Below, piece by piece: positions 34,564 through 43,872 of a stretch of DNA of 52,571 nt. Positions within the stretch are counted from its first letter, which is position 1, and each line of letters starts with the position of its first letter. The notes below the pieces were generated by a model that saw only the letters and a list, made by a program, of their open reading frames with translations, made no database searches and was not told the origin of the DNA. The position numbers and the translations under genes were made by a program. The stretch comes from a virus (Duplodnaviria > Caudoviricetes). The DNA is taken from IMG/VR virus record IMGVR_UViG_3300050133_000102, positions 1 through 52,571 of that record; one strand, given 5' to 3'.

Positions 34564-35022
34564 ATGGCACGACCCAGAGAGCCCATTAAATTGCTTGAGG
34601 CAAAAGGGCGCAAGCATCTTACAAAAGCGGAAATTGAAAAGCGGCGTGAAAGCGAAGTCAAGGCTCCGGCAGACGAGATAGAAGCGCCGTCATATCTGAC
34701 CGCCGAACTTAAGGATGAATTTGATAAAATAGCGAAACAGCTCGTGAATATCGGCATCATGACCAACCTTGACGTGGATGCACTCGCCCGTTTTATCATT
34801 GCCCGCGCCATGTATATCACTCTTTCTATGCAGATTATTAAACAGCCCACTGTATTGATGTCCGACAAATACCCTCAAATCGCCATAAATCAGGATAAAG
34901 CGTTTAAGCAGTGCTCCGTCTCCGCCCGCGATCTGGGGCTGACTATATCAAGCCGCTGTAAGTTGGTAATCCCGAAATCTGAAAATGAAAAGGATGACCC
35001 CAATGCAGAACTCTTTGGATAA
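34564..35022 (+). CDS. terS: Terminase small subunit, P27 family
   Basis: MARPREP...KHLTKAEIEKR...APSYL...LDVDALARF...DLGLTISSRCKLVIP. Confidence 0.92.
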   Translation: MARPREPIKLLEAKGRKHLTKAEIEKRRESEVKAPADEIEAPSYLTAELKDEFDKIAKQLVNIGIMTNLDVDALARFIIARAMYITLSMQIIKQPTVLMSDKYPQIAINQDKAFKQCSVSARDLGLTISSRCKLVIPKSENEKDDPNAELFG

Positions 35023-36787
35023 AATGCATCCGACTACCCGGTATGCCACCGAAGTGGTCAGCGGACTTCAGGGAGTGATCGGTCATAAAGAATGGCAGGC
35101 ATGTGAACGGCATCTGAAAGATATCGAACGCCAGGGTACAGTTGATTTCCCATATGTGTTCGATGAGAGCAGAGCCGACCGTATATTTGACTGGTTTGAA
35201 AAATGCTGCCGGCATCCGCGCGGAATATTTTCAGGCCAGCTCATCAATCTTAACAGTGCTCAGAAGTTCGATCTCGGTTGTGTGTTCGGCTGGGTACATA
35301 AGGATACAGGCCGCAGACGTTTCAAAAAAGTGTTCGACATGCAGGGACGCGGAAACGCTAAATCCGTTAAGCTTTCAGGCATCGCTGACTATTTCATGTG
35401 TTCCGATTGCTTTTACCTGCCGGGGCATCCGGAAGAGCGTGTTTATGAAATGAGCCCAGAAGTGGACTGTGTGGCGGTCGATAGGCAGCAGGCTAAAATC
35501 GTATGGCAGGACGCAGTAACGATGGGACAGGCAAGTCCCGATATTTCCAAACGACTCAAATTTATGAATTCTGTCGTGAAGCATAAGACGCGGGGTGGTA
35601 TGCTCCGCCCCCTCTCAAAGGACACGAAAAACAAAAACGGCGTCGCCCCATGTCTTTACGAAATCGACGAGTATCACGAGCACCCAACCTCATTCATGTA
35701 CGACGTTGGCCAGTCCTCAATGGGGAAACGAGCCCAGTCGCTCATGTATGTTATCACAACCGCCGGTAACAACGCCGAAAACAGCCCATGTAAAAAGGAA
35801 TACGATATCTGCTGTAAAATCCTTGACGGTCAAATAACCGCTGAGGATTATTTTATTATCATTCGCCAGTATGACAGAGGTGATAATCCACACGATTTTA
35901 CTCTGCTGCCCAAGGCAAACCCAATGCTTCAGGAGCCTACCGAATACAGCAATATACTCTTGCAGGAGATCATATCCGAGCATGATCTGGCTTACGGCTC
36001 CGGCGACCCAGCGAAAATTCGAGAATGGCTGATTAAGCGCTGTGACCTGTGGCAGGAAGGCAGCACAGATAAATACATGGATGGCTGCATGGATAAATGG
36101 AAAGCGGCCGGGGTGTCACGCGAGGAATTTGCAGCACTTACAAAAGGGCTTGCCTGCCTGAACGGTGACGATCTTTCAAAGCGCATTGATCTTACCGGGC
36201 AGGCCTTTCTTTTCAAACTCCGTGACGGGCGTTATGCGCTGAAGGCACATGGTTTTATCCCGGAAGCGGCGATAACGAAACACGAACATTCTGACCGTGT
36301 TCCATATCGTGATTGGATAAACAAAGGATACTGCACCGCGACTGAAGGCGAGGTAGTTGATTATAACTATTTGATTGAAAACGCCCATCAGGAGGAATTT
36401 GATAATAATATAAAAATTCTTGAATGGGATCTGGACGCCGCGCTGGCTGTGCAGCTCGAAAATAACCTACAGGCGCAGGGATATACAGTTGTTGAGATAC
36501 GTCAAAACATTATGACGCTTTCAGAGCCGACAAAACTATTTCGCGAGCTCACCATTCAGGGCAAGCTCATTCATGAGGAAAACCCGCTGCTTGACTGGTG
36601 CGTCTCGAATGCCTACCAGTACAGCGATACAAATGAGAACATCCGGCTGTCAAAGAAAAACAAGGACGACAGCCAGCGGATCGATCTTTTAGCAGCGTCA
36701 ATAAACTGTATGGCCCGACTGGTGGCGCTTGATGAGCAGTCGCAGGATATCAGCGAAAAAATATTGTCCGATGATTTTGGATTTTAG
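34985..36787 (+). CDS. terL: Terminase large subunit (exact start uncertain)
   Basis: ACERHLKD, GRRRFK, GRGNAKS Walker A, IDEYH Walker B, ITTAG, DLSKRIDLT, RIDLLAA. Confidence 0.93.
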   Translation: MKRMTPMQNSLDKMHPTTRYATEVVSGLQGVIGHKEWQACERHLKDIERQGTVDFPYVFDESRADRIFDWFEKCCRHPRGIFSGQLINLNSAQKFDLGCVFGWVHKDTGRRRFKKVFDMQGRGNAKSVKLSGIADYFMCSDCFYLPGHPEERVYEMSPEVDCVAVDRQQAKIVWQDAVTMGQASPDISKRLKFMNSVVKHKTRGGMLRPLSKDTKNKNGVAPCLYEIDEYHEHPTSFMYDVGQSSMGKRAQSLMYVITTAGNNAENSPCKKEYDICCKILDGQITAEDYFIIIRQYDRGDNPHDFTLLPKANPMLQEPTEYSNILLQEIISEHDLAYGSGDPAKIREWLIKRCDLWQEGSTDKYMDGCMDKWKAAGVSREEFAALTKGLACLNGDDLSKRIDLTGQAFLFKLRDGRYALKAHGFIPEAAITKHEHSDRVPYRDWINKGYCTATEGEVVDYNYLIENAHQEEFDNNIKILEWDLDAALAVQLENNLQAQGYTVVEIRQNIMTLSEPTKLFRELTIQGKLIHEENPLLDWCVSNAYQYSDTNENIRLSKKNKDDSQRIDLLAASINCMARLVALDEQSQDISEKILSDDFGF

Positions 36788-36795
36788 AGGGGTAA

Positions 36796-37146
36796 GTGAA
36801 ATGCATGGAAACAGCAAAAATAAGAAAACACCTTTTGAATGGGCTCGGGAAATTTGTCAGGGCATTAAATCGAGCGGCCAGGGCGACAGCAAACCGAATA
36901 AAAAAGTTAAAATCAAGGTCGCGGTATAATACCATGGCTCTAATAAAGCATACATTACCTTTTCTTGACGATATTTTTTTTACCCTCGGCCTTATCACGT
37001 TCGTCTCGGCGTCATATCTTGTAAATGCGGTTTTGGGGACATACGTTCTCGGGATCGCATTTTTTGTGGCGGCGTTTTTTTCAGGAACAGCGTTGAGAAG
37101 CCCAGCGGTGCAGCAGATTATCGGGAAATTTCAGCGAAAGAAGTGA
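36796..37146 (+). CDS. Small membrane protein between terminase and portal (true start may be ATG 36934)
   Basis: LDDIFFTLG followed by two hydrophobic helices; typical position. Confidence 0.6.
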   Translation: MKCMETAKIRKHLLNGLGKFVRALNRAARATANRIKKLKSRSRYNTMALIKHTLPFLDDIFFTLGLITFVSASYLVNAVLGTYVLGIAFFVAAFFSGTALRSPAVQQIIGKFQRKK

Positions 37147-37152
37147 TAACTA

Positions 37153-38457
37153 TTGATTTTATCCTCAATCCTTGCCCGCATGCCGCCCGGGCTTTCACCG
37201 ATGTATCAGATGGGCGATATATGGGGCGGCTGGAGTTCATCGTCAGGCAAGACCGTCACGGTGGAAAACGCAAAGAACATTGCTACGGCCTACCGATGCA
37301 TTAATGTACTTTCTGACGACGTGGCGAAAATCCCGCTCTACACCTATAAGAGCCCGTCTCGGTTTCAGATCGACCGCCTCATGCCGGACGCGGCCATGGA
37401 GAATATCGCATGGCTGCTTGAAGTCAGCCCGAACCGCTACATGTCGCCGTTCATTTTCAAAAAATCTTTAATTGAATGGCTGCTCGGTTGGGGAATGTCG
37501 TTTATCTGGGCGCCGCCTCCGCATGGAGTAAATCGGCGTGAACTGTTTATTCTTCGCGGCGACTGCACCCTGCCCTATTACGACGAAAACGGAAACCTAT
37601 GGTATCGCACAGCGTTCAATAACGGCGAGATTGACTATCTTCCTTCTGTGGAAGTTCTGCCATTGCTCATAAACAGCCTTGATGGAATATTCGGGCGCTC
37701 GGTGGTTGAGTTCGCACGCGAGAGCATTGGCCGCCAGTTGGGCGCCTATGAGACGCAGGGCAACATGTACAAGCAGGGGCTTAACCCGGCAGGAATTATA
37801 ACAGTTGCAGGCGAAGCAAGTCCCGAAGCCAGAGACAAAATACGTACGGAATTTGAAAACCGCATGGGTGGAAGTCAGAATGCCTATCGTCTTGCGGTCA
37901 TGGACAGTAAGGTGCAAAAATTTGAGGCAATCACCATGAAGCCCATCGACATTCAGTTTTTGCAAGGCATCAACGCAACCGATGTGGAGATTTGTAATTT
38001 CTTCGGTGTGCCGCTGAATAAGGTCAACATGGGCAAGCAGTCGTACAGCTCAAACGAGCAAAACAACCTTGATTACCTCGGCAGCACCCTCGACCCCTAC
38101 CTAGTGCAGATTGAACAGATAGCAAGGGTAAAGTTCCTGCCTGAGAGTCAGCAGGACACCATGTATTTCAAATTCTACCGCAAGGCCCTGCTTCAAATCG
38201 ATGCGGAGGCCAGATCAAACGTCAACACAAAAAACATTGGAATGGGCGTCTCAAGCCCGAACGAAGCGCGCGAGGACGAAGATCTGAGCGGCTATCCGGA
38301 AGGCGAAAAATTCTGGATGAGTCGCAATTACTCACCTGTAAACAATCCATTCTTTACACAACCCCAAGGAGGTGGTAACAACGAAAGTCAAAACCAAAGC
38401 GCAGCGGGAGCGGAAAGCAGCGCAGATCAAGGCGGTGGGGCAGGCACAGCAGAGTGA
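37153..38457 (+). CDS. Portal protein, HK97 family
   Basis: AYRCINVLSDDVAKIP, PNRYMS, DGIFGRS, ICNFFGVP, SSNEQ, PNEAREDEDL. Confidence 0.93.
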   Translation: MILSSILARMPPGLSPMYQMGDIWGGWSSSSGKTVTVENAKNIATAYRCINVLSDDVAKIPLYTYKSPSRFQIDRLMPDAAMENIAWLLEVSPNRYMSPFIFKKSLIEWLLGWGMSFIWAPPPHGVNRRELFILRGDCTLPYYDENGNLWYRTAFNNGEIDYLPSVEVLPLLINSLDGIFGRSVVEFARESIGRQLGAYETQGNMYKQGLNPAGIITVAGEASPEARDKIRTEFENRMGGSQNAYRLAVMDSKVQKFEAITMKPIDIQFLQGINATDVEICNFFGVPLNKVNMGKQSYSSNEQNNLDYLGSTLDPYLVQIEQIARVKFLPESQQDTMYFKFYRKALLQIDAEARSNVNTKNIGMGVSSPNEAREDEDLSGYPEGEKFWMSRNYSPVNNPFFTQPQGGGNNESQNQSAAGAESSADQGGGAGTAE

Positions 38458-39295
38458 CCTTGACCTTATTAACCAGTACACCCGCAACACTCTCACAGCA
38501 GATCAGGTCTATACCATGAAACTGACCCTTTGCGACAACGAGACAGACCGCCAATATGACCAGTTTACGCCGAACGCTTTAAATCAGCTGTCGGCGCTTT
38601 TTATTGGCAAGACGGTCATATTTGACCACAGTTGGAGCGCAAAGAACCAGACGGCGCGCATCTACAGCGCCGCCATTGAATCCGTCCCGGAAAAATCCGT
38701 AAGCAACGGGCAGCCCTATTTAAGGCTTACCGCCATGGCTTACATGCTCAGTCTTCCGGCCAACGCCGACACAATCGCGGCGCTTGATGGCGGGATTCTA
38801 AAGGAAGGCAGCGTGGCGTTTTCCAACGATACCGACACCTGCTCGATCTGCGGCAATGAATATTACTCCGGAGACTGCCCGCACTGGAAAGGACAGACTT
38901 ACATCGAAAACGGCGCCCAGAAAACCTGTTATGTGTCTCTCGACGATGTGACCGACGCCTATGAGTTCTCGCTCGTGGCAGTCCCCGCACAGACCCGCGC
39001 AGGCGTCACAAAGGCTTATAAGGACGGGCGTGCATTATCCGCAGACACGCTCAAAAAGCTCTCCGCGGCCCGCACGTTGCGTGTGCAGGCCGATGATTGC
39101 GAAATTCAGGCCCGCGCAATAGAGGACGACCTCGTGGGAGAATGGCCCGATGATAATCCGGAAGGAGCACCGCTTGACGACCCCGAAGAAGACCCCGACG
39201 ACGGGGCGGAAATCCCGCCGACCGGCGAAGAGCCGGACGATGTAAAGGCTTTTAAAGCCAAAATTAAATTTATAACTGGAGGAAAAACAGAATGA
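38372..39295 (+). CDS. Prohead protease-like protein (start codon uncertain)
   Basis: Between portal and capsid; DNETDR, FDHSW, KEGSVAF, CSICG...CPH, YEFSLVAVPAQ. Confidence 0.72.
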   Translation: MVTTKVKTKAQRERKAAQIKAVGQAQQSDLDLINQYTRNTLTADQVYTMKLTLCDNETDRQYDQFTPNALNQLSALFIGKTVIFDHSWSAKNQTARIYSAAIESVPEKSVSNGQPYLRLTAMAYMLSLPANADTIAALDGGILKEGSVAFSNDTDTCSICGNEYYSGDCPHWKGQTYIENGAQKTCYVSLDDVTDAYEFSLVAVPAQTRAGVTKAYKDGRALSADTLKKLSAARTLRVQADDCEIQARAIEDDLVGEWPDDNPEGAPLDDPEEDPDDGAEIPPTGEEPDDVKAFKAKIKFITGGKTE

Positions 39296-40560
39296 AGATT
39301 GATCTCAAAAAGTTTTACGACGCGGCCGTGGAGGCTGGCACCGCAAAAACAGCAAAAGCAGTTGAAATCCAAAAATTGTTTGACGCAAACGAAACCGAAA
39401 AGGGCCTTGCCATGAAGGCCGATCTTGACAAACTCACAAAGGGCGCCAAAGACGCCGAGGAAATGTATATCTCCATGCGCGATGCGGCACAGGGCGACGA
39501 CCCCGCAAAGAATTTTGTTCCCGCGGATGACCGTGCCAAGGCAGAGGAAGCGAAGGACGCCGACATTCTCAAATCAAACGAGTATATCAACGCGTTTTTC
39601 AAGGCTCTTTCGACCAACATGACGCCCAAAGACTTCAAAAAGTCAGGCGTGCCCAGCGGCATGGAAATCCTCATGAAGGCCCTCACCGAAACCGGCGGTA
39701 CTCCGGCAGGCGCGGACGGAGGTTTCCTGCTTCCGGTCGACTTCAACAACATGATCATCGCGCTTCAGCGCCAGTACCTCGACCTGTCTCAGTTCGTCAA
39801 CGTCGAGAACGTGCAGGCGTTCAGCGGCTGGAGGGCGGTTGAGAAAACGACTGCCCAGCTTCCGTTCACGACCTTTGGGAACGACACTCCTGTTCCCGCA
39901 GCCGAGCAGCCTGCATTTGTAAAGGTGCAGTACCAGGTCAAGGATTACGGCGGATTCCTGCCGGTGTCAAACGATCTGCTCCAGGATACACCCGTAAACA
40001 TCATGGCGTATCTGTCCAAGTGGTTTGGCCGCAAGACTATTCTGACCAACAACAGCCTGATCCTTGCCATCCTCAATGCGCTCACGACTGTTCCTGCAGA
40101 TACAGCCACGCCGAAAAACGCGCTTGACACCATCAAACACGTGCTTAACGTTGCGCTTGATCCGGATATTTCCGTCAACGCGACCATCTTTGTCAATCAG
40201 GACGGCTTCGACTTCCTCGATCAGATCAAAGACACGATGAACCGTCCTCTCCTGCAGCCCGACCCGACCAATGACACGAAGTATATGGTCAAGGGCCGTC
40301 CTGTCGCGCTTATGGCGAACCGTCTGCTTCCGTCCACGGTGGTGACCGGCACTCCGGATACATCCCACAGCCGTATCATCATCGGCGACGCGGCCGCGGC
40401 GATCACCTTGTTTGCACGCGCCGGTCTTGAGATGGTTTCAACCACTGTCGGCGGCAACGCCTGGTATAACAACAACACCGAGATCCGCGGCATCATGCGT
40501 GCCGACTGTCAGGAAATTGATGACGGCGCCGTGACCGCAATCGACGCGATTGTCGGATAG
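39292..40560 (+). CDS. Major capsid protein, HK97 fold
   Basis: N-terminal coiled scaffold, DGGFLLPVDF, PVSNDLLQD, NQDGF..LD..KD...RPLLQPD. Confidence 0.93.
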   Translation: MKIDLKKFYDAAVEAGTAKTAKAVEIQKLFDANETEKGLAMKADLDKLTKGAKDAEEMYISMRDAAQGDDPAKNFVPADDRAKAEEAKDADILKSNEYINAFFKALSTNMTPKDFKKSGVPSGMEILMKALTETGGTPAGADGGFLLPVDFNNMIIALQRQYLDLSQFVNVENVQAFSGWRAVEKTTAQLPFTTFGNDTPVPAAEQPAFVKVQYQVKDYGGFLPVSNDLLQDTPVNIMAYLSKWFGRKTILTNNSLILAILNALTTVPADTATPKNALDTIKHVLNVALDPDISVNATIFVNQDGFDFLDQIKDTMNRPLLQPDPTNDTKYMVKGRPVALMANRLLPSTVVTGTPDTSHSRIIIGDAAAAITLFARAGLEMVSTTVGGNAWYNNNTEIRGIMRADCQEIDDGAVTAIDAIVG

Positions 40561-40578
40561 AAATGGAGTGATTGACCT

Positions 40579-41091
40579 GTGGCAAATATTCTGACGGTTA
40601 ATGAAGCAGCGCGCGTCGTATCTGTTGACGTGACGGATGAAAAGCTTGCGGATGTTTTGCCGCAGGTCGACGCATATATCCAGCAGGCCACCGGATATGA
40701 CTGGACGCAGGACGATCCGGTCAATCCCACGGCCAAAGCTGCCGCCCGCCTGCAGCTCGCTCTCACCTATGACCTTATGGCCATGCTCCCGTCACAGATA
40801 GCCTCGCTTCGTGCGGGGCTTGTCTGCGCCCTCGCACAGCTTGAATTGGCAGCGGCAGGTTTGCAGGCCATAGGAAATATAAACTCTGCCGCGTATGCGG
40901 ACGACATGGAAACATACCTTGCATCCGGATTGCTCGGGCTGAACTTAATTGATTACAATCGCCTTCGCTCGACAGGACAGCGGAGTGTAGCACAGACATT
41001 GTTTGACGGCAGGCCATCCGGGGGATATGCCGATCTGCCCGCCATACAGGAGGCGCTTGATACTGCCGTAAAAGCGGTGATACCGCAATGA
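40579..41091 (+). CDS. Head-tail connector (gp6-like)
   Basis: Position after capsid; VDAYIQQATG. Confidence 0.65.
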   Translation: MANILTVNEAARVVSVDVTDEKLADVLPQVDAYIQQATGYDWTQDDPVNPTAKAAARLQLALTYDLMAMLPSQIASLRAGLVCALAQLELAAAGLQAIGNINSAAYADDMETYLASGLLGLNLIDYNRLRSTGQRSVAQTLFDGRPSGGYADLPAIQEALDTAVKAVIPQ

Positions 41092-41450
41092 GTGCGTTTT
41101 ATATCAATCCCGGCGAGCTCCGAACGCAAATCCGCATACAAAAGCAGATCACAGTTGGAACCGGCAGTTTCGCAACTAAACCATGGGTTGATTTCGGGAA
41201 TACATCCGACACTGACCCTCCGCGATACGTTTATGCGAAGTGGGAAAGCGTCAAAGGATTAGAACTTTGGGCAGCCGATAGTGTGCAGGCAGTTGACACC
41301 AACATTGTGACGGTAAGATACAATCCCGCCCTAAACGCGGCGTGCCGCATTATATGCGGCGGGATTACTTATCAGATTACGGACGTGAGCGACCCGACAC
41401 AGCACAAACAGTGGCAGCAAATTCGCGTGATGGGAGCGGTGATGGGCTGA
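41088..41450 (+). CDS. Head closure / head-tail adaptor
   Basis: INPGELRTQIRIQ, VTVRY, RII..G..YQI. Confidence 0.8.
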   Translation: MSAFYINPGELRTQIRIQKQITVGTGSFATKPWVDFGNTSDTDPPRYVYAKWESVKGLELWAADSVQAVDTNIVTVRYNPALNAACRIICGGITYQITDVSDPTQHKQWQQIRVMGAVMG

Positions 41451-41914
41451 TGGGATCATGGAAAGGCTATAGTTCTTATGGCAAATCGGCACTTGGCATT
41501 TCTATCAGCATTTCCGGTCTCGATGAATACCTTGCAAAAATTCAGGCTGCCGGAAACAACATTGATGACGCCTGCAAGGATGCGGTAAACGCCTGCCTGC
41601 CGGTAGTTGAAAAATCAATGAAAAACGGTGCTGCCCGACACCGCAAAGGCACCGGTAGATACGGAACCGATGCAGTTTACAACGCTATTGAGACAGTTCC
41701 GGCCAAGCAGGAAGGCAATTACATCTATGGCACGGTTGGGATCAATAAAAACAAACACCCGGAAGCTATACACGCAGTCTTTCAAGAATATGGTGACGGC
41801 CACAGCCCCGAATTTCCAGATCCGTTTGTGCGCCCGGCAATTGACGAAAATCGCGCAGAGATCAAAAAAACGCAGCGCGCCGTTTTAAAGGAACGGGGTG
41901 TTCCGGTTGACTAA
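41450..41914 (+). CDS. HK97 gp10-like neck/tail protein
   Basis: ISGLDEYL, FQEYG, PFVRPAID. Confidence 0.78.
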   Translation: MGSWKGYSSYGKSALGISISISGLDEYLAKIQAAGNNIDDACKDAVNACLPVVEKSMKNGAARHRKGTGRYGTDAVYNAIETVPAKQEGNYIYGTVGINKNKHPEAIHAVFQEYGDGHSPEFPDPFVRPAIDENRAEIKKTQRAVLKERGVPVD

Positions 41915-42260
41915 GTGGACAGACTTATGTGAAACAATTCTGACTGCAATCGGACTGCCTTATGACTTCGAGCGCATGTTGATTGACGCCGCACAACTTC
42001 CGGATACATTCATCGTTTACTTTTTAGTTACTGACTCGGGCGTAGCATATGCGGACGATAAGGAAACGAGCCATGAAGCGCGTGTACAGGTAAGCTTGTT
42101 TTATCGTGACAAATCCATATTCTTAACCGTTCCCAATCAGATTGAAACTGCCTTTATGGCAGCTGGCTTTATGCGCGTCGGTTCCGGCACTATTCCATAT
42201 CAGCCCGACACCGGTCACTATGGCTGGCGCTGTGATTTTCGATATTTTGAAAGGAGATAA
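41898..42260 (+). CDS. Tail completion/terminator protein
   Basis: YADDKE...RVQVSLFY...FMAAGF.R; precedes the major tail gene. Confidence 0.7.
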   Translation: MFRLTKWTDLCETILTAIGLPYDFERMLIDAAQLPDTFIVYFLVTDSGVAYADDKETSHEARVQVSLFYRDKSIFLTVPNQIETAFMAAGFMRVGSGTIPYQPDTGHYGWRCDFRYFERR

Positions 42261-42265
42261 AATTT

Positions 42266-43174
42266 ATGCCAGATATTTATGGAGAACTTATCGGTTGCGA
42301 CCAGATGTATTATGCGCATGTTGCCGATACAGCAGCCGCGTATATTCCCGGAGCAAATGCGTATCTTGCTCCGGTTGCAGAAATTCAGCATGAATCAAAA
42401 ACAGATGCGGCTACCCGGTATTATGACAATAAGCTCCGCTTTGTCACCATTACTGAGGGCGAGACCAACGTCAAGATCACTATTTCCGGCGTCCCGTGTT
42501 TGCTCGCGGCAGACGTTACCGGAAAACCCTATGACTCAGCAAAGGGTATTTTTATCGACACCGGCGATGCTTCAAATACGCCCTGGTGCGCTCTTTCCGG
42601 GCGCATGAACCTGGGCGACGGCGGATATCGGTATTTCCAGTATGAAAAAGGCAAGTTTGCCATCGGCGCACAAGACGCGCAGACCCGGGCGGACAAAACG
42701 ACTGTCAAGACGGTGGACTTGACCTACACGGCGGTCGTCACAGCGTTTGAATTTAGTATGCCGGACGGAAGCACGGAAAGCATCAAAGGGCTGTTTGCCG
42801 ATACCACAGATGCGGCATTTGACCCGTCGAGTTGGTTCACTCAGGTTCAGACCCCAGCCACGGTCAATCCTCCCGCGGCCATTGCACTTTCGACTTCCAG
42901 CCCTGCAAACAATGCGGCCGGTGTACTGGCAACCGCGCATCCATCCCTGACATTTAACAATGTGATCGCACTGGATGCGGTGACACTTGTTAAAACGTCA
43001 GACAACAGCGTTGTTGCAGCAACAAAGGCATATGACGTGACCGGAAAGATTCTCATAATTACTCCGGCTGCAAGCCTTGCCTCCGCAGGAGTTTACGATA
43101 TCATTGTTGCGGGCGTAAAGGATATTTACGGTCAGACACTGGCAACTTCGGTTATCAAATTCACAGTGGCATAA
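42266..43174 (+). CDS. Major tail protein (phi13-like) with C-terminal Ig-like domain
   Basis: YYDN, YRYFQYEKGKF, WFTQVQTP; SSPANNA...LTFNN...TPAASL...GVKDIYGQ Ig-like tail. Confidence 0.85.
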   Translation: MPDIYGELIGCDQMYYAHVADTAAAYIPGANAYLAPVAEIQHESKTDAATRYYDNKLRFVTITEGETNVKITISGVPCLLAADVTGKPYDSAKGIFIDTGDASNTPWCALSGRMNLGDGGYRYFQYEKGKFAIGAQDAQTRADKTTVKTVDLTYTAVVTAFEFSMPDGSTESIKGLFADTTDAAFDPSSWFTQVQTPATVNPPAAIALSTSSPANNAAGVLATAHPSLTFNNVIALDAVTLVKTSDNSVVAATKAYDVTGKILIITPAASLASAGVYDIIVAGVKDIYGQTLATSVIKFTVA

Positions 43175-43179
43175 TTCTA

Positions 43180-43206
43180 AGGGCCCAAATCGGGGCCCTA
43201 TATTTG
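43180..43206 (+). terminator. Hairpin after the major tail gene
   Basis: AGGGCCC-aaatcg-GGGCCCT then ATATTT. Confidence 0.4.
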
Positions 43207-43262
43207 TGCCTGATGCGCGCATGAACGCCGAGGGCAGATAAAAATAATAAGGTGGAGTTTAA

Positions 43263-43622
43263 ATGAACGCACATATCACGGGAAACGATCTGAAACAGGC
43301 TGAAAGCGGCGAGAAGATCAGCCTCGACGGTAAAGAATACAGTCTTGTCATGGATTTTAACGCAATTTGCGATATTGAAGAGAGATTCGGCAGTCTTGAA
43401 AAAGGCATGGATGAAATAGAAAAAGGTAAGATGAAAGACATCAGATTTCTGCTTGCCGCCATGCTCAAACACGACGACGATGAAATGAACGAGCGAAAAG
43501 CCGGAAGGCTCATAACCACTGAAAATATGCAGGAGATATTCGACGCACTCGGCAAGGCAATGTCGGGCTCCATGCCTCAGGGTGACACTTCAAAAAAGGC
43601 GGAGAGCCCGCAGGAGACGTAA
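43263..43622 (+). CDS. Tail assembly chaperone (gpG-like)
   Basis: LDGKEYSLVMDFNAICDIEERFG; between major tail and tape measure. Confidence 0.8.
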   Translation: MNAHITGNDLKQAESGEKISLDGKEYSLVMDFNAICDIEERFGSLEKGMDEIEKGKMKDIRFLLAAMLKHDDDEMNERKAGRLITTENMQEIFDALGKAMSGSMPQGDTSKKAESPQET

Positions 43623-43861
43623 GCTTCCCGTGGGCCTCTTATTATACGATTGCAGTAGCGACTATGAAATTTACTCCGAAACAGTTTTGGAAATCCACTC
43701 CGCGTAAAATCGGACTGCTCTGGAACGAGTATTTACGCCTTAATGGAATGTCTGACGAAAAAGAACAGCCTGCGCAGGGCGGCAATATTGTTTACCGTGA
43801 CGGCAAAGCGTACCGAAAAGCTGTGGCAAAAGACACTGACTGGACAAAAAATATATTTTAG
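43592..43861 (+). CDS. Tail assembly chaperone extension (gpGT-like), reached by -1 frameshift
   Basis: Slippery A AAA AAG at 43592-43598; -1 frame open into MKFTPKQFWKSTPRK. Confidence 0.78.
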   Translation, partial: KKGGEPAGDVSFPWASYYTIAVATMKFTPKQFWKSTPRKIGLLWNEYLRLNGMSDEKEQPAQGGNIVYRDGKAYRKAVAKDTDWTKNIF

Positions 43862-43872
43862 GGGGTGAGGAT

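Noticed and set aside
34439-34570. N-terminal extension of the HEPN ORF to 34570
   Set aside because: It runs through the predicted promoter and into terS; the RBS supports ATG 34438.
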